DNA of 36,407 nucleotides from positions 1 through 36,407 of the forward strand of contig NW_024705529.1 in assembly GCF_018977255.1 (NCBI RefSeq). Direction: 5' to 3'. This DNA is from Callorhinchus milii (lineage: Eukaryota). Positions 1 through 10,323 of this stretch are shown here, one piece after another. The translations under genes and the position numbers were made by a program. How positions within the stretch are numbered: position 1 is the first letter of the stretch; the number at the start of each line of letters is the position of its first letter. The notes below the pieces were generated by a model. It saw nothing but the letters and a program-made list of their open reading frames with translations, was not told the DNA's origin and did no database searches.

Positions 1-49
1 CTGTTTGTAATGTGGATCGATGGACGAGGAGACACCCGACCAATGTCAC

Positions 50-133
50 CAGCTGACGACCGTTCCCAAGGGCGCCTTCGACAGCCTCACGAAGCTGCAA
101 TACATTTGCTGCACAGTAACCCTGGGACTGGCC
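50..133 (+). pseudogene. VLRB: VLR donor cassette, 3'LRRVe-connecting peptide-5'LRRCT, frameshifted
   Basis: Reads QLTTVPKGAFDSLTKLQYI, then after a 1-nt loss LHSN and after another P-W-D; matches the VLR 'xLxxIxLxxNPWDC' connecting-peptide motif. Confidence 0.75.
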
Positions 134-1048
134 CTGATGCGTCGCAGGGATGCCGAGGCGCCAGCCCTGCACTCACTGCACTGCTGCTGCGATAGCCACA
201 CGTGACTCACACACATACTCGAGATGGAGTTGTTATTATATGAAGTCGATCCATCGTCTGAAATGTATCAATTTTTTTCTTTGTAACAAAAAATATATGA
301 GCACACAATGCAGCTCTTTCAAATTTGTCTTTCACTCAACCTATCTAATTCAAGTTGTTTTTGCCTAATCCAGCGGCGACACGCCCTTCTTGGAGCGCTT
401 AATTCCAGCAACATTGATTCGTTGCAATCAACATTTTGCACCGGTTTCGACATTCTGTGTTTCAACAGCAGATTGAAGAACACACTAATGTTTTTTTTAC
501 AATTACGTACGTTGATCATTATTAATAGCCATGAACCTTACTATGGATGATGATGATGAATATGACAAGGGTGTAGCTGTTTATGCTTATTGTAGATCAT
601 GGTATTAGTGATGATTGAGTCCAAAGTCTGCTCCTGCGGAGTATATCTTAACAGAGTGGATGTTTAAACCATTGGTCGCCGGCCTGGTCTCTTGTCGCAG
701 CTGATGAAACGATGATGACGTTTTAATTTTTATCCTCCTGCTTCTGTGCACCTCGAGATACAAACAAGTTCACTACAGTCGATCGGTGCGTCGCGTTTAG
801 TGGAGCAAAGTGAGGGTACTCCACCTCCAAGAGTCCAAGAAGAATCGTTACCTTCAGAGGAGCTCTCTAGAGCTCCCTCCAGTGGAGGCCCTTCTGACAT
901 CAATGGCGTGAGCCAGGCAGGGCTGCACCTTAATCTGTTACTCCTCGATGGTGACCCGGGGCATTGAGCACGCTGAGCGCTTTGTCCGAGTTCGGCTCAA
1001 GCCACGTGTGAACAGCACACAATGGGAAGAGCGACCCAGTCTCCAGGC

Positions 1049-1168
1049 AATGCTCTTCAACTGGTTTAGGTCCAGACCTAAGTGAGTCAGTGTCGGCAAC
1101 TTCCCTACGCCTGCGGGCAACTCCGTAAATTTGTTATCACCGAGGAAAAGCTCCCGTAGACTCACCAG
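1049..1168 (-). other. VLRB: VLR donor cassette: atypical 23-aa LRRV plus most of LRRVe
   Basis: Open frame LVSLRELFLGDNKFTELPAGVGK-LPTLTHLGLDLNQLKSI with LxxLxLxxNxL consensus twice; no signal peptide or flanking exon context. Confidence 0.85.
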
Positions 1169-1746
1169 CTCGGTCAGGCGCTGCATTCATTCGGTCTGAA
1201 TGTGTTGCTGTAGTCACAGCCCAAGTCGACTCGACGACGCCTCGTGTAACTTTACAAATTATTTGTGGATCCCGCCTTGGGAAGCAGTGGCCCACAAGCA
1301 CAGATAACAAAACAAACTCAACACACACACGCTGCCCTAACGGGAAATATATAATGGGTGACATTTCAGGCGATGGCCCTTCTTCATGTCTCGTATATGC
1401 ACGTGCCCGCTACGTTTCATATATTTATTTTCCCTCTAAGGCAGTGCTTTTGACGAATGCCTCGCGTTATTTGTGGATTTTCACTTCATTTCCAGCCCTC
1501 TGTACAGTATTTCATTGAATAATTTTCTTAGTCTATTCAACTAATGCGAGAAAAGTAGTCCACTCTTAGTTGTTCAATAATTATAATTGGTGTGGGGTCC
1601 CACTCTCCCCCCCACCAGAGTGGTGAAATATGGTCGCTTAATTGCGCAGTGGATAGACATGGGACGTTGAAAAATTTATTTGATATTTTTTAACAACACT
1701 AATCTGTTCACAAGCTTGATGCTGTGCAATAAAGGTAAACAATGCT

Positions 1747-2061
1747 AATAAAAGTAAAATAAAAAATATATAAAAAAATAACGACGTTTCGGAGGCAACA
1801 CAAGCTTCCGTCTTCAGGTGGAACCGTCACAGCACGATTGCTGTATCTAGTAAAGAGACATTCTAAGAGACCCGACCTTGTAAAAAAACTCCTGTCCAGG
1901 GGCCTACTCTGGCTCATCCCCCCTCAACCAGTATATATACAAGGTCGGGTCTCTTGGAATTTCTCTTTACTTGATACAGCAATCGTGCTGTGACGGTTCC
2001 ACCTGAAGACAGAAGCTTGTGTTGCCTCCGAAACGTCGTCACGAAAGCTTCAAATCTAGAA
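1747..2061. mobile_element. Penelope-like inverted-repeat insertion (102-bp arms 1781-1882 / 1938-2039) with 12-bp target-site duplication
   Basis: GTAAACAATGCT at 1735-1746 and 2062-2073; single copy (empty site) in the paralogue at 10833-10844; near-perfect inverted arms carrying CTGAAGA...GAAACGTCGT, a motif typical of Penelope-like LTRs. Confidence 0.75.
2003..2040 (+). ncRNA. Type I hammerhead-ribozyme-like core (incomplete; inverted copy at 1780-1817 on - strand)
   Basis: CUGAAGA, stem II c(a/g)gaagc/gccuccg, GAAA, short stem III AC-guc-GU, then C (GUC triplet); 3' strand of stem I not present. Confidence 0.45.
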
Positions 2062-2155
2062 GTAAACAATGCTCTTTGGAGTCGTTTTAACATTCACTCT
2101 GCTAGAGTCTTCCAAAACAGCAGAGAGCAAGTGTCTGAAGTTGCTTCGCAGGGAG

Positions 2156-2266
2156 GAACTTGCGTCTCTCCCCACTGGGGTGTTTGACAAACTGACCCAG
2201 CTCATTGAACTGACTCTGTACAACAACCAGCTGAAGGGCGTTCCCAGGGGCGCATTTGACAAGCTG
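2156..2266 (+). other. VLRB: VLR donor cassette 3'LRRV-LRRVe
   Basis: Open frame ELASLPTGVFDKLTQLIELTLYNNQLKGVPRGAFDKL; the 'QLKxVPRGAFD' ending is typical of VLRB LRRVe. Confidence 0.9.
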
Positions 2267-2548
2267 AGCCAGCACTGCCAGCCACGGTCTCTGCTTTGTC
2301 GCTGGGAATAGGGATAGAGATGACGCTCGGACACGAGTAGCATTAAATTTATAAAGCTACCGCGTTATTGAAATCCACAGTCATCGTTATCATCACCGTC
2401 GTTATGGTGTCCTTTAGTGCTAAAGGTTAGTCTGCAGTTTAAGTGAACATTCGTGAAGATTAAACGAGTGAATGTTGAAACTTATTAGTGCTGGAATTTA
2501 TCGTTTACAGAAACTAGCATGTGCTGTGCGGGTTTATGTTAGTGCGGC

Positions 2549-2872
2549 AACAAACACAAAAATAACAACCACACAACAACAAAGACAAAGATTCCCGTAT
2601 AACCTTAACAGACTGTTGCGGAAAGTGCTCTTAGCGAGCACCGATGAAGGCAGGCACGACACACGAGGGGTGGGTGGCAAACACAAAGCCCGGCCTCCTT
2701 TGTCTCCCTAACGACGATATTTACACATCATACCAGGTACTCATTTGAGGCTGAGTCGACCTAGGGGAGGCCCAGGACCGATTAAGATAATCGTCACTGG
2801 TGTTGGCCATGATCGGGAATCGAACCCGGTTCGCCAGGTTCGTAGGGCAGCGCACTAATCGCTACACTACTG
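2549..2872 (-). mobile_element. tRNA-derived SINE
   Basis: Minus strand begins AGTAGTGTAGCGATTAG (A-box-like) ... GGGTTCGATTCCC (B box); body contains GTCGACTCAGCC..AATGAGTACC seen in several SINE cores; ends in a (TTG)n-like tail. Confidence 0.7.
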
Positions 2873-3122
2873 ATCGAGTAAAAATGTTCCAGAGGGAATG
2901 CGAGGCGAGCTCTGATCACCGTGATGGTCTTTGTACTGCACCGCACAGACAGCGGGCACGGCATGGAGCGAGGTGCCGAGATGTGAGGTGAACACGACGC
3001 CGCTAACGCAACCGAGGGACCCGTGTTGAACTCCACTGCCGTGTGAAGAGCGACGCTCTCGTGTAGAGGCTGCTCGACAGCAAGAGGCGGAGGCTGCTGA
3101 TCTGCGATTTGTGCTCAGTGAT

Positions 3123-3152
3123 GAACTCACAGCTCTCCCCGCTGGGGTGTTT
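3123..3152 (+). pseudogene. VLRB: Truncated VLR LRRV cassette (5' edge only)
   Basis: ELTALPAGVF then similarity lost; upstream flank 2992-3122 is paralogous to 6355-6473, which precedes an intact cassette. Confidence 0.7.
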
Positions 3153-3284
3153 CGATCAGTAGAATTAATTCCGGCAATCGCCTTTCCATGGGAGTCCCCA
3201 GATTCTGTCTTCAGTCGGATGCTTCTACAATGGGATGTGTGGCCAAGTCATGTTTGAGTAAACTTTTGAGTTGTTCGTGCTGTT

Positions 3285-3435
3285 TAGGTAGTTGTTGTTT
3301 TGCGTGGTTGCTCTTTCTTCTGCTGTGCTGTGGTGTTGTGTGGTTGTTTTGTTATGTCGTTGTTTTTTTGCTGTGTTGCGTTGTTTGGATGTTGTGGTGA
3401 TTTTGTTGTCTTGTTATTTTATTGTTGCTGCTGCA
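3285..3435 (+). repeat. Degenerate (TGT/TTG)n low-complexity tract
   Basis: tgttgtgtggttgttttgttatgtcgttg... runs. Confidence 0.8.
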
Positions 3436-3637
3436 CGAACCAAGCCCGCATAGCACGCGTGAGCTTCTATAAACGCTCATGTCACTTCTAATTATTCACT
3501 CAAATCTCTCAATGTAATATTCACTGATGCACGAAAGCAGACGTTCACCTCACTGCTCAGTGACACTGCAGACTAACTCGTAGCACAAGAGGACACCATG
3601 ACGATGATGATGACGATGACCGTGAATGTCAAACGCG

Positions 3638-4346
3638 TTCCTTCGGAGTGGGCAGGTAGGAACTTGGTTGGACAGCGCATTCGTGCACGACAGACAGACA
3701 AATTATCCCTGGTGGGCAGTGTGGAACCTGTTGTTCCTACCTGTATAAGTGTAGTGTATCGTGTCGTGTATAGTGTAGTGTAGCTTAAACGTTGAGTTTT
3801 ATAAGGGCACCACGTGACCAGCCCCTCCCGACCCAGGCCCACCCAGCCCCACCCAGCCCACCCAGCCCCTCCCCACCCTCCCCACCCATCCCCTCCCCAC
3901 CTTCCCCACTTAGCCCAGCCCCACCCTCCCCACCCAGCCCTCCCCACCAGCCCCTCTTCACCCAACCTCCCCCTCCCACCCAGCCCCTCCCCACCCAGCC
4001 CCACCCCTACCACCCCCAACTGAATCACCTTAAGGCTGGGAATGTTGAAAGAAACACGAGGCAAAAGATCCGCTTTTTTCTATTCAAGGCTTCCATTTTA
4101 TGAATGGAGCCACCCTCCCCCAGTTCCATTTTGTGAATTAAACATCGCCCGTCTCCTCATTGGCTCGAGTCGCGGCGGTGCCCCCCCACACCACTAACCC
4201 CCCCCTCTACCAAACCCAACCCACCGATCCTATTGGCCGGCGCCCCTGAGCCAATGTGAGACCTCTGATAGGGCGGGGCCATGCACGACAGACAGACAAA
4301 AAATAATCCCTGGTGGGCAGTGTGGAACGGTTGTTCCTACCTGTAT
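3638..4346. mobile_element. Unclassified ~0.7-kb insertion with ~65-bp internal direct repeats and a C/G-rich core
   Basis: Interrupts the conserved cassette flank (compare reverse complement of 2340-2440); bounded by AACGCG at 3632-3637 and 4347-4352; direct repeats at 3684-3748 and 4282-4348. Confidence 0.55.
3818..4020 (-). repeat. G-rich pentamer repeat (GGGCT/GGGGT/GGGGA), G-quadruplex-prone
   Basis: Plus strand cccagccccacccagcccacccagcccctcccc..., many runs of three or more C. Confidence 0.85.
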
Positions 4347-4448
4347 AACGCGGTAGCTTGACAAACTGAACGCTACTCGTGCCGAGAGTCGTCTCTATCC
4401 CGGTGCGCAGCGACAAAGCAGAGACCGTTCCTGGCAGTGTTGGCTCCG

Positions 4449-4539
4449 TTTGTTAAACGCACCCCTGGGAACGCTCTTCAGGTGGTTGGTGGCCAGAGCC
4501 AGATGAGTGAGCTGGGTCAGTTTGTCAAACACCTTCGGG
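4449..4539 (-). other. VLRB: VLR donor cassette LRRVe (inverted paralogue of 2156-2266, 5'-truncated)
   Basis: PEGVFDKLTQLTHLALATNHLKSVPRGAFNK; same downstream flank (gcca(a/g)cactgccag...tctctgctttgtcgctg) as the copies at 2268 and 11035. Confidence 0.85.
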
Positions 4540-4549
4540 GCGGGTTATC

Positions 4550-5850
4550 CATACGCATTGATGCCTCTCACACCCCGATTCGATTTCACAGAGATGTATT
4601 AACTCAACCAAACGCCATTCCTGTTCTCAAAGAAAAACACTTTCTAGTTATTTTAAGCGATATTTGTTTACAATAATAAACATCTGTCAGGTAAAATTAA
4701 CTGCATTTAGATGGTCAGAATTGTCCTTTTTAAAGCCACACATTCACGTAAACGATGTCCAAAAACAATGCGTCGTCATATTTTGTGTAAATATGAAAGA
4801 TGTTCATGTGATTGTACTCGTGTCTCCACCAGTTTCGTCAGGCTGTCAAACACCCCGGGCTCGAGCTTCGTGATCTGATTGACGTGCAAATACAGCTCTC
4901 GCGTGGTGGTGGGGATTCCCGCAGGCACAGACGCGAGGCTTTTCCCCGCACAGTTCACTTCTGTCCATGAGCACGAACACTGCGAGGGACGGGCGACGGT
5001 TTAGAGGCGGCTCACAACGGCCTCCCCTTGCACGCGAGCGGAGTCGCGTGTGGTCCAACATTTACACGAGTTAGTTGCCTCTTCCTGAAGATTTCCGCCA
5101 AAATGTTTTACCCCAATTACTTTTAAAAGTGCTTCCTTGAAACGAACTGTATATACGCCGCGAATTCGGATCACTGTATTTGCGTCTATAGTTTACTTAC
5201 TAGTAAATCTATTGGATCATTTATTAAAGTATTTACGAGTTCTCCATGAGCATAGAGATATACATTTCAATAGTCTCTCACCTACTTCATATAACATATT
5301 CTTGTCATGTCAATGCGTTTATATGTAATCATTAATAACCATGATCGATCTATTACAAGCTGTAGTCACGACCATGCGATGGATGAATTCACCTCGCGCC
5401 TGCACACGAGCTGCTGTCATTACTCCATCTCCCTGGTGGACGTGCTTCCGGGCGCATTCCCTACATTGGCTGCCACTCCCGCTATAGTTATCGACCGTGG
5501 TCAATGTGCACTGACCATCGTGGATTATTCCACAGCCCCCTCTTACGCTATATCATGACCAAGCCAGCTTACTTTTATCATCAGTTTGATGTCGTTTACA
5601 AGAGTTTGGTCTCTGGTCCACGTGTTCCTCTGCCTCGCAATTTCATTACGAGCATGTAACTCGCAGTGCTTCTCTGCGCACTTCTCAGTCGTGCGTCTGC
5701 ACCATCTGCTCTCGGAGTCGGTTCACGCGGATCAGCATGTCTAGTTGTAGGCACATTGGAATTTTACGTTTCATTGTGAACTTCAGCTTCACAAAAGCAC
5801 TCCAACCTGCTCTCGTTTGTAATGTTTTATTTGCATTGTTTGATTCTCCT
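4550..5850 (+). repeat. Duplicated flanking unit around LRRNT-LRR1 cassettes
   Basis: Paralogous to 25912-26730, 30800-30946 plus 33912-35200, and 35880-36240 (e.g. gacggtttagaggcggctcac, tgcacacgagctgctgtcattactcc, gagatgtattaa). Confidence 0.85.
4830..4988 (-). other. VLRB: VLRB donor cassette LRRNT-LRR1-5'LRRV
   Basis: PSQCSCSWTEVNCAGKSLASVPAGIPTTTRELYLHVNQITKLEPGVFDSLTKL, the characteristic VLRB N-cap and LRR1. Confidence 0.93.
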
Positions 5851-6473
5851 TATCGGTGTTGCTATAATCGAGCAAATAACACCTTGTTACAACTTAATTC
5901 ATACAATGAATAGCCTCAAGAATGTCAATGTAAACCACATCATTGTAGGTTATTAGATTATTCATTTTCAAGCAACATTTTCATATATGCACACATATAG
6001 TAAACAAAACACCAACATGCTGTACAAAAAGTGATGATCAAATAAAATAATTGTTAGAGGGACGCAACTTGAAAACGCAGCAGAATATCTTACTTATAGC
6101 GATCTGATAAAATGGTAACATGTACAGGTGAATACTTTCAATTTAGAGTGCGTTTGAAATATATTTTACCCTTTAATCTCAGCGTTACATTTTCCCTCGA
6201 GTACAAATGTCAATCCGTTGCTTCTGCTCGCCATGACGTATGTATCAGAAATATAGAAATATGCAGTGATAAAGAAGACTGATTGACTTTACTCGAACAT
6301 AAAAGTCACTGGACATGACAAACTTATATTGGTTAAACACACGAAGCCGCTAATACACGACACATAGGGACCCGTGTTGAACTCCACTGCCGTGTGAAGA
6401 GCGACGCTTTCTTGTCGACGCTGCTCTAAAGCACGAGGGGGAGGCTGCTGATCTGCGATTCGGGCTCAGTGAT

Positions 6474-6623
6474 GAACTCACAAACTTCCCCGATGGGGTT
6501 TTTGACAGTCTGACGCAACTGACTGTTCTGCATCTCGCATACAACCAGCTGACGGCTCTACCCGAGGGAGTGTTTGACCGCCTGATAAATCTCGCGGAGC
6601 TGTATTTGAACACCAACCAGCTT
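6474..6623 (+). other. VLRB: VLR donor cassette spanning about two LRRV modules
   Basis: Open frame ELTNFPDGVFDSLTQLTVLHLAYNQLTALPEGVFDRLINLAELYLNTNQL. Confidence 0.92.
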
Positions 6624-6759
6624 GAGGAGCGTTTCTAGAAAGCGTTTTCACAGGCACAGCTGATCACGGTCGTGCTCATCAGTGCTGAAACACGTGCAGT
6701 ACGCCTAAGAATTTACCATTCTGACAAATGTTGCAATCGCATTGGACATGCCATGTACA

Positions 6760-7040
6760 GCCCTTTCTCTATCCACTGCTGGATGAGGACAGCCTATCGC
6801 CACGTGGGTCATACTGGTGATTGGACGATACTTTATCACTCTGTTTAATATGGTTTGGTGAAGGCGGAGAGCATTGAAACATTACAACACATGGATTTTA
6901 CAGAACTGGCCCCGGCTTCCCGCCATGTGGCCCCCGTAGCAGCCTCTAACAACCTGGCACGCACCGTGGTGACCCATCTAAGCACTATACAGACTTAAAG
7001 CTGCTTAGCTTCTGGGATGTTTAATCTGGCGCATTAGGAA
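6760..7040 (-). mobile_element. 5S rRNA-derived SINE (SINE3-type) with RTE-like 3' tail, degenerate
   Basis: Minus strand ...GAAGCTAAGCAG....TAGTGCTTAGATGGGTCACC resembles the 5S internal control region (GAAGCTAAGCAGG...TAGTACTTGGATGGGAGACC); 3' end TCCAGCAGTGGA resembles RTE-LINE tails. Confidence 0.6.
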
Positions 7041-7867
7041 TTATTTCATCATCAGTCTAATTGTAATGCAGCAACCCCTGATCCACCAGGCAGTCAAACG
7101 CCAACGGGGTGGAGGTGACAGCTGGGTGTTGTAGAGAAACCATCTCTTCAAATAGGATATTACATCAGTTGTGCTGCTTATCCATGAGATGGAAGAGCTT
7201 TTGAATTTCAGAGGTACATGTTTGTAGCTTCCACACTTTTAATTATTGTAGTCGCTGAATACTAGTCAACGAGTTTGAGTCGGAATTGAACGACATAAAT
7301 AACTTCATCACATTCCTCCACCTCCATGGGTTCTGTGCCTGCTTAAGCTAATGTAGTCCTTGGTACTGATTTGAAACTGATCTGTGGATCTCTGCAGAGC
7401 TGTCAACCAAGTACCACCCTCCCCTACATGGGTCCTGTACCATCTTATAGCTATGCGGTCTCTGCTTCTGATTGATAGGTCAGGTGCAAAGCACGGTAAT
7501 GGTTTCATATCGGTAACAATGCGATTCTTAAATTTGGGATGCGCTATGGAATTTCCAGTCTTCCGTGATATCAACGTTGACTTTTCTTGTTAAGTTGACC
7601 GTGACCAGGTGTTGGTCACCCATTCAGCAAACTTCCACGATGGTGAAGTGTGCTGGATGCATCGTACGTCTTGTCCTGCTTCTTTCCTCGCATTGCTCGA
7701 CTTTGCAATTCCCTCTCATGGTCATCTCTTCCCCAGGATATTAATCTTGCACTTCCAATAGTGCTGTTTGTTGCTGGAAGCTGATCAAACACGATTCTAA
7801 AATAAAAACCCTAAGAGTTAAAGCTCTGGTTTACACCTTGACTGCAAACAAGTACCGCCCGTGCAAG

Positions 7868-7898
7868 CACCCCGGCAGGCAAAGTCGTCAGTTGATTA
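7868..7898 (-). pseudogene. VLRB: 3' half of an LRRV cassette split by the Chapaev insertion
   Basis: Minus strand (t)aat caa ctg acg act ttg cct gcc ggg gtg = NQLTTLPAGV directly at the transposon end. Confidence 0.8.
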
Positions 7899-10287
7899 CA
7901 CTGTGTAACATTTTTTTTTGTTCCTGGCGAGTGAGTGTTGTTTCCTAATTTCTTATGCCTCGAAAGTACAGAAAATGGCTATTATTCCCACAAATATTTA
8001 TTTTGTGACCAGGACAGTGATATTTAGAAATTTACCTATTTTCCAGAACGTTCCAGATAAATTAAATGCTGAGTCAACTTGGAGTAACTTCTAGGATATT
8101 CTAGAACTTTCCAGTGATTTAAATAGTAATATAAATCCAGGGGCCTTACGCCCACCAATTCAGTTTAATTTCAGCTGCCTAAGTGGATACATATCTGCAT
8201 TTTTCTGAGATGGCATCAAGAGGCTGCAAGCATCCGGCAGACGCATTTTGCTTTGTCTGTGGTAAATTTATAAAGACAAGAGCGAAAACGTACTCTGTGG
8301 AAGTATCTGCTAAGATGTGCGAGGCCTACAAGGCATATTTCGGAATGCCTGTCGGGGATTAAGACAAACCCTGGGCACCTAATTTCACCTGCGAGCAATG
8401 CAACAAAAACTCTGGAAGGTAAGATGCACAATTGTTGCTCTGAATTTTAGGTTATAAAATTTGTTAAAATGTAAAAATTGTGAAAGTATTTTTTTTACAT
8501 TTATCAATGTTATTGAAAAAAGATATCATATATGAAAAATGTTATGATAATCTCTTACACATTAGGCATGAATGAAATAAATATATTTGTGTAGGATGGT
8601 ACAGAGCAGAAAAGAGAGCCATGAAGATCGCTATCCCAAGAATTTGGCGGAAACCCCCTTACCACTCAAACAACTGCTACTTCTGTATGGTGCACCCTTC
8701 CAAACGTCAAAATGGCAAGAATGAACATGCTATCACGTATCCGGACCTTCCTTAATCCATTTGCCCCTGTTCCACACTACCATGAGCTCCCTGTACCCAC
8801 TCCTCCGGAGAGAGAGCGGCTGTCTTTAGAGGAGAGCAGCAAGGCAGAGAGCGAGGAAGACGTTGTAGATCCAGATGACAATTTCAGAGGTGGAGCTGTG
8901 TAGAGAAACCAATACTACCCCAACCAAAAATACCTCAACGATTTGATCAGAGATCTTTGTCCTAACAAGTCCAATGCCGAGCTTTTGACGTCTATGCTCA
9001 AGCAGTGGAACTTGTTGGATGAAAGTGTGCAAGTCGCAGATCAGAGGAAGCGTCGCCAACCTTTTTGTAGCTTCTTCTCCCGTCAAGATGGGCTCTGCTT
9101 CTGCCACAATGTGACCAGTCTGTTTGAGGCAATCGGAATAGCCTGTAACTAGAATGAGTGGCGCCTCTTCATTGACAGCTCATTCAGGAGCCTCAAAGCC
9201 GTGCTACTCCATGATGGTAACAAGTACCCGTCTCTTCCCCTGGCTCACTCAGTGCACCTCAAAGAGGATTACAACAGCATCAAGACCTTGCTGGACGCCT
9301 TGAAGTATGATGAGTACGGCTGGGAGGTCATCGGAGACTTCATAACGGTGGCATTCCTGATGAGTCTCCAAGGCGGTTTTACCAAGTTTCCCTGCTATCT
9401 TTGCCTTTGGGACAGCAGGAACGCCAAGGCGCACTACCACAAGCGGGACTGGCCACAACGGACCGAGTTCTCTGTGGGGAGGAACAATGCCAAGTGGGAG
9501 CCACTGGTGGACCCCCGGAAGGTGCTGGTGCCACCACTACACATCAAATTGGGTCTTATGAAACAATTTGTCGGAGCTGTAGATAAGGATTCGGTAGTCT
9601 TCAAGTACCTTCAAGACTTTGTCCCCAAGCTGTCTGAGGCAAAGGTAAAAGCCGGTGTCTTCGTCGGACCACAGATAAAGAAGATCCTGGAGTGCAATTC
9701 ATTCCCAAAGAAGCTCACTAGTAAGGAGAAAGTGGCTTGGAACAGCTTTGTCGCAGTAGTTCGGGGCTTCCTGGGCAATCACAAGGTCGAAAACTACGTG
9801 GAGCTGGTTGAGACTGGTGAAGATCTACGGCATAATGGGCTGTAGGATGTCCATAAAAGTCCATATCCTTGATGCTCATCTTAATAATTTCAAGGAGAAC
9901 ATGGGAGCGTACTCAGAGGAGCCAGGCGAGCGCTTCCACCAGGATATACTGGACTTTGAATGCCGCTATCAAGGACGTGAAAGTAATTTACAGTATAATC
10001 GTACATCTCGAAAAACTACTCACTTCTAAACATTTTGCAGTCATTTTTGTGTTACTTTAGTATAAATACATGTTAATTTTGATTGATATGTTGTTGTTTT
10101 CTGACTTTATGTGAACGAAAAGACAAATTCGCTCGTTTTTTCATTGAAAATATGTAAATTTCAAAATATCACTGTCTGGTCACAAAAGAAAAATTTGTGG
10201 GGAATAATAGCCAGTCTATACTTTTTAGGCATAAGCAATCACGAGATAACACTTACTAACCAGGAACCAAAAAATTGTTACGCAGTG
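7899..10287 (+). mobile_element. Chapaev3-type (CMC superfamily) DNA transposon with both termini
   Basis: Termini CACTG(T/C)GTAACA with long imperfect TIRs (ggctattattccccacaaat / atttgtggggaataatagcc); TTA TSD at 7896-7898 and 10288-10290; internal Chapaev-like transposase. Confidence 0.88.
8210..10029 (+). pseudogene. Chapaev transposase, disrupted (stops and frameshifts), one GT-AG intron 8419-8594
   Basis: N-terminal Cys motif CKHPADAFCFVCG...YKAYFG...DKPWAP..C..C; exon 2 IPRIWRKP..HSNNCYFC; core GDF..GGFTKFPCYLCLWDSR...PPLHIKLGLMKQFV...SEEPGERFHQDI. Confidence 0.85.
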
Positions 10288-10323
10288 TTATCACCCAGGA
10301 AAAGCTCCTGTAGACTCACCACT
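10288..10323 (-). pseudogene. VLRB: 5' half of the LRRV cassette split by the Chapaev insertion
   Basis: Minus strand gtg agt cta cag gag ctt ttc ctg ggt gat aa = VSLQELFLGD(N); paralogous to 1134-1168. Confidence 0.8.

Larger units (their letters stand above)
1134..2537 (+). repeat. Segmental duplication copy 1 (two-cassette unit with intervening non-coding DNA)
   Basis: Colinear with 10288-11287 along its length (e.g. tggtgtggggtcccact, cattcactctgctagagtcttcc, agaaactagcatgtgctgtgcgggttta), except for the 1747-2061 insertion. Confidence 0.9.

Noticed and set aside
2800..2872. tRNA gene
   Set aside because: A/B boxes present but no convincing acceptor stem and it continues into a SINE body
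3573..4103. Pro-rich and Gly/Trp-rich ORFs
   Set aside because: Translations of the C/G-rich simple repeat
7050..7790. Possible decayed LINE remnant
   Set aside because: No RT or endonuclease motif I could read with confidence
7899..7925. CACTGTG terminus as a functional recombination signal sequence
   Set aside because: No properly spaced nonamer, the other end is CACTGCG, and lampreys lack RAG; it is a transposon TIR
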